IMG/VR virus record: IMGVR_UViG_3300021400_001148
Coordinates: 224,001 to 288,000 of that record
Length of the DNA: 64,000 bases
Direction: 5' to 3' (one strand)
Source: a virus
Taxonomy: Duplodnaviria; Caudoviricetes
Shown: positions 37,872 through 48,140 of the stretch, piece after piece
How the letters are laid out: each line of letters opens with the position of its first letter
Numbering within the stretch: the first letter of the stretch is position 1
Made by a program: the position numbers and the translations under genes
The notes under the pieces: model-generated
Databases searched by the model: none
Seen by the model: only the letters and a program-made list of their open reading frames with translations
What the model was told of the DNA's origin: nothing

Positions 37872-39059
37872 ATGTTGAGAAAAAAGTATAAAGACTATCT
37901 GAATATTCATCCTACCCCAGACCCGATAGAGAGGAGGATGAATATAACAAAGGAGGTACTCCATAAAGGTACTCCCCTTCCAAAACCGGTGGTATATGAA
38001 GATATTGATGAGGCGTTCAAAAAATGGGTTGAAGAAGACCTTATGATATCGTTCGAAGGAAAGCGTCTTCCGACCATGACACTTTTTTCCAACCAAAGAT
38101 TCAGCGAATATCTCCAGAGTTGGCAGTTCCTTGACGAGAACAACAATGTGCTTTTGAACTTCAAGACTGTCAATAGGGAAAACAATCCCCAACAAGGTTC
38201 GCAGTATGCAAAGAATTACAACATCCCCGGGGACCGGTTCTACCTTATGTCAAGGGAAGTGGCAACAGATGAGGCAGGAAGAAAATATTTCATTGACTAC
38301 AAAATGAAACAGCCTTTCAATGTCGACCTTGTCTACAGAATAAACATAGTAGCAAGCAGGCTTGAACTCCTTAACGAATTCAACCTTATGGTACTTGATA
38401 AATTCAAATCAAAGCAGGTTTACATCGCTCCCAATGGATATTATATGTCTATGGTCCTTGACAGTATTTCCGATGAATCCAAATACAGTGTTGACGACCG
38501 CCAGTTTTTCAACCAATCGTTTTCAATCACACTCCGGGGGTACATTATCAAAGAGGATGATATGCGTGTTGAGGAAAATCCTTTACTGAGTCTACATTTC
38601 ACCGGTGATGAAGACAAAAAAACCCGCCCGCTTGTCTCACTGGTTCCTGATATTGATGAATGCCCCGATTCCGGAGAGACAGACGATAGATACTACGAAA
38701 CCCTGAGGCTTGATTTTGACATATGCCAGGATGACTTCATAACATTCAATACGAAAAAAAACAACATAGTCATATATTTCTATGAAGTTGAAAACATACA
38801 ATGGTTTGAAATGTCGGTGGATGGTGGTGAATGGATTAAATATCTTCCGGAGTGCCCCGAGGACTTCAGTGTTTCAGCACCCGAATACACTGTAATAAAA
38901 CTGAAAATAAAACGGGACCGTATTCTTTCTCCGTCCGCTGTTATTTTCTCCGCATTTGACCGGAACAAAACCATGAAGATAGACGATGACGGAATCCGTG
39001 AGTTCCGGCCGGAAACCGAAGAAGATAATAATCCTGTTGAAATTGTTCAGGAAGATTAG
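37872..39059 (+). CDS. tail terminator/sheath stabilizer (gp15-like) with C-terminal extension
   Basis: DIDEAF, QP..VDL.Y.I, F.ITLRGYI pattern; directly before sheath. Confidence 0.6.
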   Translation: MLRKKYKDYLNIHPTPDPIERRMNITKEVLHKGTPLPKPVVYEDIDEAFKKWVEEDLMISFEGKRLPTMTLFSNQRFSEYLQSWQFLDENNNVLLNFKTVNRENNPQQGSQYAKNYNIPGDRFYLMSREVATDEAGRKYFIDYKMKQPFNVDLVYRINIVASRLELLNEFNLMVLDKFKSKQVYIAPNGYYMSMVLDSISDESKYSVDDRQFFNQSFSITLRGYIIKEDDMRVEENPLLSLHFTGDEDKKTRPLVSLVPDIDECPDSGETDDRYYETLRLDFDICQDDFITFNTKKNNIVIYFYEVENIQWFEMSVDGGEWIKYLPECPEDFSVSAPEYTVIKLKIKRDRILSPSAVIFSAFDRNKTMKIDDDGIREFRPETEEDNNPVEIVQED

Positions 39060-39120
39060 ATTTTCAAAAGAAAATTACTATTTATAGGAAAGTAAATAAA
39101 AAGAAAAATTATATTTGATT

Positions 39121-42100
39121 ATGAGTAATAGCATAAGAGGCAACAATGTAGCCCCGGGCCTTTACTTCAAGGAAGAAGAAGTCGCTTACGCAGCGAAGAG
39201 CCTTGGTATTACATCACTCGGTGTTGCAGGCGAAACAGTCAAAGGTCCTGCCTTCGAAAATATTCCCGTGAGCACTTGGGATGAGTATCAGAGGTATTTC
39301 GGCGGCACTTCTACTGAAAAATTCAAAGATAGTCAGTATCCTAAATACGAACTCCCTTTCATCGCAAAGAGTTTCCTTACCGAATCCAAACAACTTAATG
39401 TGGTAAGAGTGCTCGGCCTTTCCGGCTATAATGCTGGCCCGGCTTGGTATATTAAAGCTGATAATGCAAGTGCCGATAGTGAAAGAATTGTAGCAGTTCT
39501 CCGTTCAAGAGGTCACTATGAAAAATACGGTAGTTCTAAAACAGACGAGCAAGGCTGTCCAAAATATGACGGCTTTGATAAACTTGTTTATGATGTAAAG
39601 AGTGTTAAAATCGCTCCTTATCAGACTGCTGACGGTACAGTTAATTGTAGTGGTATTTCTTTCGGTGAGACAAAAAAAGAAGTACCTACTGGTCTGACTT
39701 CACAGAATCTCGGAAGATTTATTCTTGAAGTTAAAGATAACAACAATAATACAGTGAAATATGCTGTTTCTCTCAATCCTTCCGACCGTGACTATATCCT
39801 TACAGTTCTCGGAACAACACCTTTTGATTCTTCTGCACTTATCTATGTAGAGGAACTCTACGATGTTGCACTGTTGCAAGGTGTTGAAGAAGGGAACATT
39901 AAAGAGATAACTCTTGGTTCAGCATATACAGAGTGGAGCACTGGGTCCACTGCTACTGAACTTGAGGTTGCTAAAATTAAACGATACAATGCAGTTGCAG
40001 ACCCTGTTGCTGATTTCCTGACAATACCAGCAGAAGAGCTCAGAAGAGGTAATCTTGGACAAACATTCATTGCTACAGATGATACAATAGTAACAGGTGC
40101 GAGTGTTGGTGATATTTACAAAGTTGTTTATGAAAACAACAATTATAAGTATGACAAGGTTAAAATCGATTGGAATGCCACCGGAGCAACAACTCCTATT
40201 GAGGAAAACATCAATGTTGTTTTCATTAATTCAGTCGGTAGATATTACACATTGAAGACATTGAAGGATGGTGATAAACTTGAACTGGTTTCAGATGACC
40301 TCAATAATTACAAAGAGCGTTTCCGTTCAGCAGTCACACCTTGGTTTGTGTCACAGATACTTGGCTCCACTGGCGAATTTAATGTGAAGAAACTCTTCCG
40401 TTTCATCTCTATCTCTGACGGTGACGCAGCAAACCAAGAGTTTAAGGTTTCTATTGAAAAGATTTATCCAGAAGAAGGCCTCTTCGATGTAGTTATTCGT
40501 GACTACGCCGATTCAGACCTTGAGCCTGTGGTTCTTGAAAGGTTTGCCAAGTGTTCGCTTATCCCTTCCCAGAGTTCTTACATCGCCAAGAAGATTGGTA
40601 CATCAGACGGAGAGTTTGAGGCTAAGAGTACTTATGTGACTGTAGAACTTGCAGATGATGACGCCATCAACGGCCTTGTGCCTTGCGGTTTTGTCGGCTT
40701 CCCTGCGAGAAAAGAAAATGCTTATCTTCCACTGAAGTACAACACTAATATTGACAATGAAATCAGACCTAGAAAGCAGTATTTCGGTATGTCTGACTTG
40801 GTAGGCGTTGATGTTGATGTGCTCAAATATAAAGGAGTTTCCGCTTATTTTGAAACTGAAACTTCCGAACATGGCTATACTAATGGTTTCCACCTTGACA
40901 CAAGGGCTTCTTTCGCGATATCAACCGCTACTACTTTTAATGTTAAAGTAAATGGTGAAACTGGCTATACTTGGTCTGTGGTTGAGACTAATAGCAACAC
41001 CAATGAAGGTGCAAACGGTATTCCCGTGATAACAACCGAGGCTGAAATGTCAGATACTATTTATGGTGATGTTAATTTCAGGAAATTTACTGTATACCCC
41101 TATGGTGGCTTCGATGGCTGGGATATATATCGTGGAAAGAGGACCAACACCGATGATTTCAAAGCCAGCAAATATAGAGGAAAGGTAGATGGTGCAGGTG
41201 AGAATTTCTCCAGAATATTTGACAGAAGCGGTCTTGACCTTGATGGTTTCAAGAATGCTATCAACTCAGACTTCTATGCTTATCTTGCCGGCTATCGCCA
41301 GTTCGCAAATCCTGAGGCTATAGATATCAACCTCTTTGCAACTCCTGGCATTGATATCATCAACAACACACTTCTTGTTGATGAAGTCACCAACATTCTT
41401 GAAGACTTTGAAGACGGGCGTAATGGTGATGCACTCTATGTTCCCACAACCCCTGATAAACCTTCCGGAGCAAGCGATGCTAAGGATGATATGTACACAC
41501 CAGAGGAAATTGTTGAACTCGTAAAAGATACAACAATCAGCGATTCTTATGTTGCAACATATTACCCTTGGGTGAAGTACTTTGACCAACCTAGTGAAAC
41601 TTACATCATGCTTCCTCCTACAAAGGATGTTATGAGGAACTTTGCATTTGTGGATAACAACTCTGCTCCTTGGTTTGCCGCTGCCGGCACAAAAGAAGAC
41701 AATGGTGCTGTTAGTTGCACAAAGGCTCATAGATTCACTAAGAAAGGTGATGAAAACGTGCTTTATGCAAACGCAATCAACCCTATTGTTACATTTGCAA
41801 AAGACGGTGTTAAAGTTTGGGGTAACAAGACTCTCTACTTCCCTACACAGGAAACTCCTCTTACCAGAATCAATGTCCGCAGACTTATGCTTAGGGTTAA
41901 GAAACTTATTTCCGGTGCCGGTAGAGTCCTTGTCTTTGACAACAATGATGGTACACTTGAGAGACAGTTCCGTTCAATTGTAGAGCCGATTCTCTCCAAT
42001 GTGCGTGCTAACAGAGGTATCACTGATTATCGTCTTGATGTTCTCAACTCCGCTGAGTGTGATGATGAACACGAGATTCAGGCCGCAATCCACATTAAAC

Positions 42101-42171
42101 CTACCCCTACAATGGAGTGGCTTTCAATCGGATTCCGTATCTACAACCAGTGCACTCAGTTCACAGACTAA
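39121..42171 (+). CDS. contractile tail sheath protein (gp18-like)
   Basis: PGLYF.E, GET.KGPAF, VVRVLG, YYPWV, PWFA.AG, INPI, WGNKTL, RINVRRL and I.PT...E motifs. Confidence 0.95.
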   Translation: MSNSIRGNNVAPGLYFKEEEVAYAAKSLGITSLGVAGETVKGPAFENIPVSTWDEYQRYFGGTSTEKFKDSQYPKYELPFIAKSFLTESKQLNVVRVLGLSGYNAGPAWYIKADNASADSERIVAVLRSRGHYEKYGSSKTDEQGCPKYDGFDKLVYDVKSVKIAPYQTADGTVNCSGISFGETKKEVPTGLTSQNLGRFILEVKDNNNNTVKYAVSLNPSDRDYILTVLGTTPFDSSALIYVEELYDVALLQGVEEGNIKEITLGSAYTEWSTGSTATELEVAKIKRYNAVADPVADFLTIPAEELRRGNLGQTFIATDDTIVTGASVGDIYKVVYENNNYKYDKVKIDWNATGATTPIEENINVVFINSVGRYYTLKTLKDGDKLELVSDDLNNYKERFRSAVTPWFVSQILGSTGEFNVKKLFRFISISDGDAANQEFKVSIEKIYPEEGLFDVVIRDYADSDLEPVVLERFAKCSLIPSQSSYIAKKIGTSDGEFEAKSTYVTVELADDDAINGLVPCGFVGFPARKENAYLPLKYNTNIDNEIRPRKQYFGMSDLVGVDVDVLKYKGVSAYFETETSEHGYTNGFHLDTRASFAISTATTFNVKVNGETGYTWSVVETNSNTNEGANGIPVITTEAEMSDTIYGDVNFRKFTVYPYGGFDGWDIYRGKRTNTDDFKASKYRGKVDGAGENFSRIFDRSGLDLDGFKNAINSDFYAYLAGYRQFANPEAIDINLFATPGIDIINNTLLVDEVTNILEDFEDGRNGDALYVPTTPDKPSGASDAKDDMYTPEEIVELVKDTTISDSYVATYYPWVKYFDQPSETYIMLPPTKDVMRNFAFVDNNSAPWFAAAGTKEDNGAVSCTKAHRFTKKGDENVLYANAINPIVTFAKDGVKVWGNKTLYFPTQETPLTRINVRRLMLRVKKLISGAGRVLVFDNNDGTLERQFRSIVEPILSNVRANRGITDYRLDVLNSAECDDEHEIQAAIHIKPTPTMEWLSIGFRIYNQCTQFTD

Positions 42172-42192
42172 AAAGAAGTTTATAAAACAAAG

Positions 42193-42218
42193 AAGCCTCC
42201 GCGTTGCGGGGGCTTTTT
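42193..42218. terminator. terminator between sheath and convergent LRR gene
   Basis: aagcctccgc-gtt-gcgggggctt-ttt. Confidence 0.8.
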
Positions 42219-42248
42219 GTATATAAGATAATAAGTAAATTAGTTTCT

Positions 42249-44459
42249 TTACACTTCTTGAACCGTCCAACCGGAAGGAATACCCGAAACACCTGACGGC
42301 CAAGAAACGCCTGATTTCTTTACAAATGTTCCTGATGTGGCAACATTCTGAACCCAATTTGTTAATGCCCCTGTTACTGATATGTTCGTTGCAAGGCACT
42401 TGATGTGATTTAGTGAGGTGCAGCGACTGAATATGCCGTAATAGCATTGAGATGCAAGCGTGCTTGCGAGAAGTTCCGGTGCGGAAGTCAGCGAGGTGCA
42501 ACCTGCGAACATATTGTAATAGCATTGAGATGCAAGCGTCGTTGCAGGGAGTGCCGGTGCGGAGGTCAGTGAGGTACAGCCTACGAACATAGCGGAATAA
42601 CAACTATCCACAAGCGTCGTTGCAGGGAGTGCCGGTGCGGAGGTCAGCGAGGTGCAACCTGCGAACATACTGAAATAGCAATTATTCGCAAGTGTGGTCG
42701 CTGGAAGTGCCGCTGGCACTGATATCAGTGAAGTGCAATCATAGAACATTCTCTCACAGCATCGAGTCGCAAGCGTGGTTGCTGGAAGTTCCGGTGCTGA
42801 TGTCAGGGATGTGCAACCACTGAATATGGTGTCATAGCATCGAGTCGCAAGCGTGGTTGCTGGAAGTTCCGGTGCTGATGCCAGGGATGTACAACCAGCG
42901 AACATAGCGGAATAACAACTATCCACAAGCGTTGTTGCAGGAAGTTCTGGTGCAGAGGTCAACGAGGTGCAATCATCGAACATACCACTATAGCAAGAAC
43001 CCGCAAGTGTGGTCGCTGGAAGTTCCGGCGCGGAGGCCAGGGAGGTGCAGTCACTGAACATACTGGCATAGCAATTATTCACAAGCGTCGTTGCTGGAAG
43101 TACCGCCGGTGCGGAGGCCAGGGAGGTGCAACCACGGAACATATACTGATAGCAACTATTCGCAAGCGTTGTTGCGGGAAGTTCCGGTGCTGAGGTCAGC
43201 GAGGTGCAACCATAGAACATATTTTGATAGCAATAATCCGCAAGCGTGGTTGCTGGAAGTTCAGGTGCTGATGTCAGTGATGTACAACCTTCGAATATAT
43301 TGCTATAGCAATAATTCGCAAGCGTAGTTGCAGGAAGTTCCGGTGCGGAAGTAAGGGAAGTACAACCTTGGAACATATTGGAATAGCAACGAGTCGCAAG
43401 CGTGGTTGCTGGAAGTTCAGGTGCGGAAGTAAGGGAGGTGCAGCCATTGAACATACGGGAATAACAAGAGCCCGCAAGCGTGGTTGCGGGAAGTTCCGGC
43501 ACGGAGGTCAGTGAGGTACAACCTGCGAACATAGCGGAATAACAACCACCCGCAAGCGTGGTTGCAGGGAGTGTTGGTGCGGAGGTAAGGGAGGTACAGT
43601 CACTGAACATATTGGAATAACAAGAGTTTGCAAGTGTGGTTGCTGGAAGTTCAGGTGCGGAAGTCAGGGAGGTGCAACCATAGAACATACTGTAATAGCA
43701 AGAAGTTGCAAGCGTCGTTGCAGGGAGTGCCGGTGCGGAGGTCAGTGAGGTACAGCCTACGAACATACTACTATAGCAAGAAGTCGCAAGTGTGGTTGCT
43801 GGAAGTGCCGGTGCGGAGGTCAGCGAGGTACAACCTGCGAACATACTACTATAGCAAGAAGTCGCAAGTGTGGTTGCTGGAAGTGCCGGCGCGGAAGTAA
43901 GGGAAGTACAACCTTGGAACATATGGGAATAACAAGAGCCCGCAAGCGCGGTTGCAGGTAATATCAATTTAGAAGCATCAACTACTTTGCATTCCCTAAA
44001 TAGATAATGACATTGTTGTTGATATCCCGGTGTAAATTCCGAATTGGTCTTGAAGTCATCCCCGTTGAAAATGGACATTATGTTGCCGTATATATTGCAC
44101 TCAAAATCAGTGGAAATGGATGTGTTCAACTCACGGTCATCATCATTGTAGAAAGAGGTGTTGTTTCCATATAATTCCAAAATATCACCTGTATTGACGC
44201 TGATGGTGTCAGCAGAAGTAATGGTCGTCCTTTCACCGCCGTTCTTTGAATACTGGAGGTCAACTTTAAGAAAATAATCTACTGAAGTGAGTGCAAAATT
44301 GCCACTTTCCAACGCCTTGATTGTCAGTGGTATCTTACTATAGTCATTGTACTTTACAGTACCCTCCCCCACAAGGCTTACATTGGGCATTTCGTATGCA
44401 TCGCTGTTTGCAAAAGAAACATATTCGCTTTGAGTACCGAATTTGGTTAAGTATTTCAT
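42249..44459 (-). CDS. BspA/TpLRR-like leucine-rich repeat protein
   Basis: 20 copies of xLPATTLAxxCYxxMFxGCTSLTSAP; late motif at about 44478. Confidence 0.9.
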   Translation of the reverse strand: MKYLTKFGTQSEYVSFANSDAYEMPNVSLVGEGTVKYNDYSKIPLTIKALESGNFALTSVDYFLKVDLQYSKNGGERTTITSADTISVNTGDILELYGNNTSFYNDDDRELNTSISTDFECNIYGNIMSIFNGDDFKTNSEFTPGYQQQCHYLFRECKVVDASKLILPATALAGSCYSHMFQGCTSLTSAPALPATTLATSCYSSMFAGCTSLTSAPALPATTLATSCYSSMFVGCTSLTSAPALPATTLATSCYYSMFYGCTSLTSAPELPATTLANSCYSNMFSDCTSLTSAPTLPATTLAGGCYSAMFAGCTSLTSVPELPATTLAGSCYSRMFNGCTSLTSAPELPATTLATRCYSNMFQGCTSLTSAPELPATTLANYCYSNIFEGCTSLTSAPELPATTLADYCYQNMFYGCTSLTSAPELPATTLANSCYQYMFRGCTSLASAPAVLPATTLVNNCYASMFSDCTSLASAPELPATTLAGSCYSGMFDDCTSLTSAPELPATTLVDSCYSAMFAGCTSLASAPELPATTLATRCYDTIFSGCTSLTSAPELPATTLATRCCERMFYDCTSLISVPAALPATTLANNCYFSMFAGCTSLTSAPALPATTLVDSCYSAMFVGCTSLTSAPALPATTLASQCYYNMFAGCTSLTSAPELLASTLASQCYYGIFSRCTSLNHIKCLATNISVTGALTNWVQNVATSGTFVKKSGVSWPSGVSGIPSGWTVQEV
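42410..43960 (-). repeat. 78-bp coding tandem repeat, about 20 units
   Basis: gaacatactactatagcaag recurs at 43761 and 43839 (78-bp period); boundaries approximate. Confidence 0.9.
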
Positions 44460-44573
44460 ATATAATCACAGTTTATATATAAATAGTCAAACCCGCACCT
44501 TTGTCCGTGTGATGGATAAGAAAAAAGCCACAGGAAAATTCCCGCGGCTGTTCATGTAATTAAATATTCTCCT

Positions 44574-44912
44574 TTAAACTGTCTTTTGCTCTCCTTCCGT
44601 TTTACTTGGTTTCTTATCAAGCATCAAAAATATCTTTTTCAGTGATTGATATTGTTCTGAATCTGGTTCTTTTGAAAGCTCAGTGAGGCCCTTAAGTGCC
44701 AGTTCTCTTATTTGGTCAAGGACTGCATACTTTTCTGAAAGCCTTTCTTCATCCTGTGGCATTTCTTCTGCCTCAGGATTCTCTTGGAAAGTATCATCCA
44801 TATCAGGAGTATATCTATCATCAAGATAGAGGCCTTCATTAATTTTTTGACTATTTTCGATTATAGCGTTAATCCTGTTAAGTTCTTCGTTTAAATTGAA
44901 TTTTTTTGCCAT
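44574..44912 (-). CDS. putative internal head protein
   Basis: NLNEELNRI..IIE....INE N-terminus; late motif at about 44933. Confidence 0.6.
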   Translation of the reverse strand: MAKKFNLNEELNRINAIIENSQKINEGLYLDDRYTPDMDDTFQENPEAEEMPQDEERLSEKYAVLDQIRELALKGLTELSKEPDSEQYQSLKKIFLMLDKKPSKTEGEQKTV

Positions 44913-44954
44913 GGTGAACAAATTGTTTTACAATAAATAGTTTGTTCTTACCAT

Positions 44955-45416
44955 TTATTGTTGGAATACACGGATTTCATTATATTCGTCGGGTGTTGGT
45001 GGCTCATAACTTTTTTCAAGTCGTTCAAACACCTCCGGTGGAATTTGGCCGCTGCGTCGTTTAATGTTATCTTGGAGTGACGGTGCCTTTATAACAATAT
45101 ATACCCAATTCAAATCAAAATCTTTCAGTAGCCTATGATATTGCATACGATATTTCTTTCTTAAATTGGTATTGTTTATCACGACATCCTTACCAGAACG
45201 AACTTGCATTAAGAGTGCTGTGTTGAAGGTATTCGTAACAATGTTTTCCTGTTCAGGTGTACCTACGATTTTCTCCCCCGATGAACAATAACCGAGTTCT
45301 GCTCTGATATCATCTCTGCACACAACGCATTCAATATTGGGTAGGTTATTCTTAATCCAAGTGTCTTTTCCGGCTCCTGGAAGGCCAATCATAACATATA
45401 TGTTCTGTTTACCCAT
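44955..45416 (-). CDS. P-loop kinase (AAA_33/polynucleotide-kinase-like)
   Basis: GLPGAGKDT, D.IR, VVI..TN....R and E.P...E motifs. Confidence 0.85.
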   Translation of the reverse strand: MGKQNIYVMIGLPGAGKDTWIKNNLPNIECVVCRDDIRAELGYCSSGEKIVGTPEQENIVTNTFNTALLMQVRSGKDVVINNTNLRKKYRMQYHRLLKDFDLNWVYIVIKAPSLQDNIKRRSGQIPPEVFERLEKSYEPPTPDEYNEIRVFQQ

Positions 45417-45480
45417 TTCTTTACTTTTTTACAAATATACATATTTTTCAAAAAAGCGTATAATTTTATTTATAAAAGAG

Positions 45481-45978
45481 ATGCAGCCAGTTAAAGATGA
45501 AGTTAAAAGTGCAGTTAAAACAACCAAAAAGAAAGCAACTACAAAGAAAAAAATACCAAACCATAGGCGAGGAATATCCAAATTAGAAGACAGGTTCGCA
45601 AAAGATTTTCTTGATGCTGCTGGTTATCGATACGAAAGGCAATATGAAGCGAAAGATATTAAGCGTTTCTACGATTTTTTGGTAATTTCTGATAATGGAA
45701 TGGGAGTGCTGGTTGAGATTGACGGGGACTGGTTTCATAGTTATGGGCTAAAAAGAGAAGAAAAGACCCCGATGCAAAAGAAAAATGAACGGGTCGACAG
45801 GATTAAAGATGAATGGGCACATTTACACTCAATTCCGTTGATTAGGATTTGGGAACATGATATAAACAATAACCCTGAGAAAGTTCGTAAAATATTGGAA
45901 GAGCAAATCGGGGATGCTTATAAGAAAAAAGAGGCCCTTGACAGGAAAAGGCAACGCCCAAAGCCTCACAAGCTTTAA
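45481..45978 (+). CDS. DUF559/Vsr-like endonuclease
   Basis: FYDF....VEIDGDWFH...D..KD..A.....LIRIWE; TATTTATA at 45467. Confidence 0.8.
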   Translation: MQPVKDEVKSAVKTTKKKATTKKKIPNHRRGISKLEDRFAKDFLDAAGYRYERQYEAKDIKRFYDFLVISDNGMGVLVEIDGDWFHSYGLKREEKTPMQKKNERVDRIKDEWAHLHSIPLIRIWEHDINNNPEKVRKILEEQIGDAYKKKEALDRKRQRPKPHKL

Positions 45979-46053
45979 AGTTATAAGCTAATATTTTAAA
46001 TAAAAAAATATATTAAATATATATAATATAGCTTACTACAGCTAACAATTGTA

Positions 46054-46662
46054 ATGAGAGCAAAACTTTTTTTACCATATTTTCCACCGGCTGAAGTTGC
46101 TGGAGTAGAGAATGAGATGACTGATGAGGAATACTCTGATGCTCTTACTTCCTATTACACTTCTGCTTATCATAAATTTATGGAAAATGCAATCAGAGGG
46201 TATGTAGATGATAGGTATAATATTCATGATGTGATTCCTGAAAAGTATCAAATCAAAGCAATTAAAGAAAAAAAAGTACCTTCAAGATACTATAGTTTTG
46301 ATGTTCTGCTCAATGATATGTATGACAGGCCATTGGCACCTTCTTTTTTCGCAAATCCAAGAAATCTATCATCGATGAATGCATTCACAATACACATTTT
46401 GGTTGATGACGAAAAAAATGAAGATGGTCTTAGTGAACTAGCACTATGGGTAAGAGAAAGTGGGGAGATAATGAAGGACCCAAGGATTGATGAGGAAAAG
46501 AAGATTGAGATTCTTCCGCCAAAAGATTTGAAAATAGACATATCTGAAGAAATGAACGGAATAATTTACCAAAGAATATACTTATTTGATTCCTGCCGTA
46601 TACCAGAACAGGATGATAAAAACAACTTTGCTATAATAGTTAACAAAATTGAAAGAACATGA
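46054..46662 (+). CDS. hypothetical protein
   Basis: 202-aa ORF overlapping next gene (ATGA). Confidence 0.7.
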   Translation: MRAKLFLPYFPPAEVAGVENEMTDEEYSDALTSYYTSAYHKFMENAIRGYVDDRYNIHDVIPEKYQIKAIKEKKVPSRYYSFDVLLNDMYDRPLAPSFFANPRNLSSMNAFTIHILVDDEKNEDGLSELALWVRESGEIMKDPRIDEEKKIEILPPKDLKIDISEEMNGIIYQRIYLFDSCRIPEQDDKNNFAIIVNKIERT

Positions 46663-48140
46663 TAACACCAGAAGAAATGGAAAGGGAGAGAATTAAATCC
46701 CTCAAACTACTCGAGAACAACTTTGAGATGTATGAGAATAGTAAGAAGGATATTCTCAGAAAGCTCAAACAGAAAATGCTTCCGAACGGCCAACCCTTCT
46801 ATACTGAGGACCAAATAGACAAACAAATGAAACTCATTCAGTCTATGGAAGACGACATTGTTGAAAAATATACCCAACAAGGTGGAGACCCTGAAAATCT
46901 TGAAAAAATTAGGGGTAAACGGAGAATCTCACCTGATAAAAAAGAAGAATTCACCAAGGTTTATAACAAGCAAGGTGTGATTGATATTGTTAATGAATAT
47001 CTTTCACAGAAGTCTGCTGATTCCTCGTCCAAGGCGAATGTAAAGAGAAACAATGAGCCGGTTGAAGTTGAGCCCGCTAGAAAGACTATTCCAAGCACCC
47101 CCGTAAAAGTAGTGCAAAAAGACTCACCTATTCAAATAGATGAGGCGGTTAAATCTGTTTCAAGTATGATGGCTAGAAATGCAGAATCAAAACATATTGA
47201 GCCGGCAGCGGAAGTGAGTAATAGTTTATGGAAAACAGAGAGTAATGGAAACGGTGTGTTTGATGTAATACCGCTACCTTCCAAGGGTGAGTGCTACCCT
47301 AACAAGGTTTCAAAGATTCCAGTATCTTTTTTAACCGCTTATGATGAAAACATGCTGGTTTCTCCTAATCTTTACAGGGACGGTTTGGTTCTTGATTATA
47401 TTATACGCAACAAAGTAAGAGAAGATGCGGGAATCAATCCGGATAACCTTGTTACTGGTGATAGGGATGCAATCATTCTCTGGCTTAGGGCAACTGGGTA
47501 TGGCAACGATTTTCCGATTACTGTAACCGACAGGGAAACCGGAAAGAACTTTGAGACCACTGTGGACTTGTCAAAAATCAATTTCAAGGAATTTAACCTG
47601 GTCGGTGATGAACACGGTTGGTTTGAGTTTGCTGCACCTGTTTCCGGTGACCTTATCAAATTCAGGTTCCTTACCGCAAGGGATAACCGCAGACTTGAAG
47701 AAATTGAGAATGATGAGGCCAAAAAGACCGCATTGACACGACTCCGTGAGGTTGTATCTGATATTGACCTATTCTTAAAGGATAATAAAAATTTGACTAA
47801 GGAAGAGAAAACGAAAATATTCGAGGCACAAAATACCTTGAGTGATTGGTCTGATAAGATGGAAACAGAGGAGACTGAAGAACTTCCATTCACTAATACA
47901 ATTACTAACCGAATGGAAATTATGATTATGGAAGTCAATGGCGAACGTGACAGGGAGTTTATTCATAACTATGTGAATAATATGAATGTCCGCGATTCTT
48001 CCGCTTTCAGAAGATTTGTGGCCGAGAACGAGCCCGGTTTGGATTTCAATCTTACAGTCGAAAGGCCCGAGAGTCTCGGAGGTGGCTCAATGCCTGTGTT
48101 TCTCGAACTTGACCAAACTCTTTTTCTTAATATCGCCTAG
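46659..48140 (+). CDS. baseplate hub assembly/tail chaperone protein (gp26-like) with N-terminal extension
   Basis: LPSKG..Y, LTA.DE..L, GDRDAI..WLR..GYG and PG.D motifs; upstream of tape measure. Confidence 0.7.
   Translation: MITPEEMERERIKSLKLLENNFEMYENSKKDILRKLKQKMLPNGQPFYTEDQIDKQMKLIQSMEDDIVEKYTQQGGDPENLEKIRGKRRISPDKKEEFTKVYNKQGVIDIVNEYLSQKSADSSSKANVKRNNEPVEVEPARKTIPSTPVKVVQKDSPIQIDEAVKSVSSMMARNAESKHIEPAAEVSNSLWKTESNGNGVFDVIPLPSKGECYPNKVSKIPVSFLTAYDENMLVSPNLYRDGLVLDYIIRNKVREDAGINPDNLVTGDRDAIILWLRATGYGNDFPITVTDRETGKNFETTVDLSKINFKEFNLVGDEHGWFEFAAPVSGDLIKFRFLTARDNRRLEEIENDEAKKTALTRLREVVSDIDLFLKDNKNLTKEEKTKIFEAQNTLSDWSDKMETEETEELPFTNTITNRMEIMIMEVNGERDREFIHNYVNNMNVRDSSAFRRFVAENEPGLDFNLTVERPESLGGGSMPVFLELDQTLFLNIA

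Noticed and set aside
42410-43960. CRISPR array or DGR template/variable repeat
   Set aside because: The repeats are in-frame coding units without unique spacers, differences are not adenine-specific, and no reverse transcriptase or cas gene is in the window.
45980-46050. AT-rich tract as replication origin
   Set aside because: Short, no iterons; explained equally well as a promoter-containing spacer.
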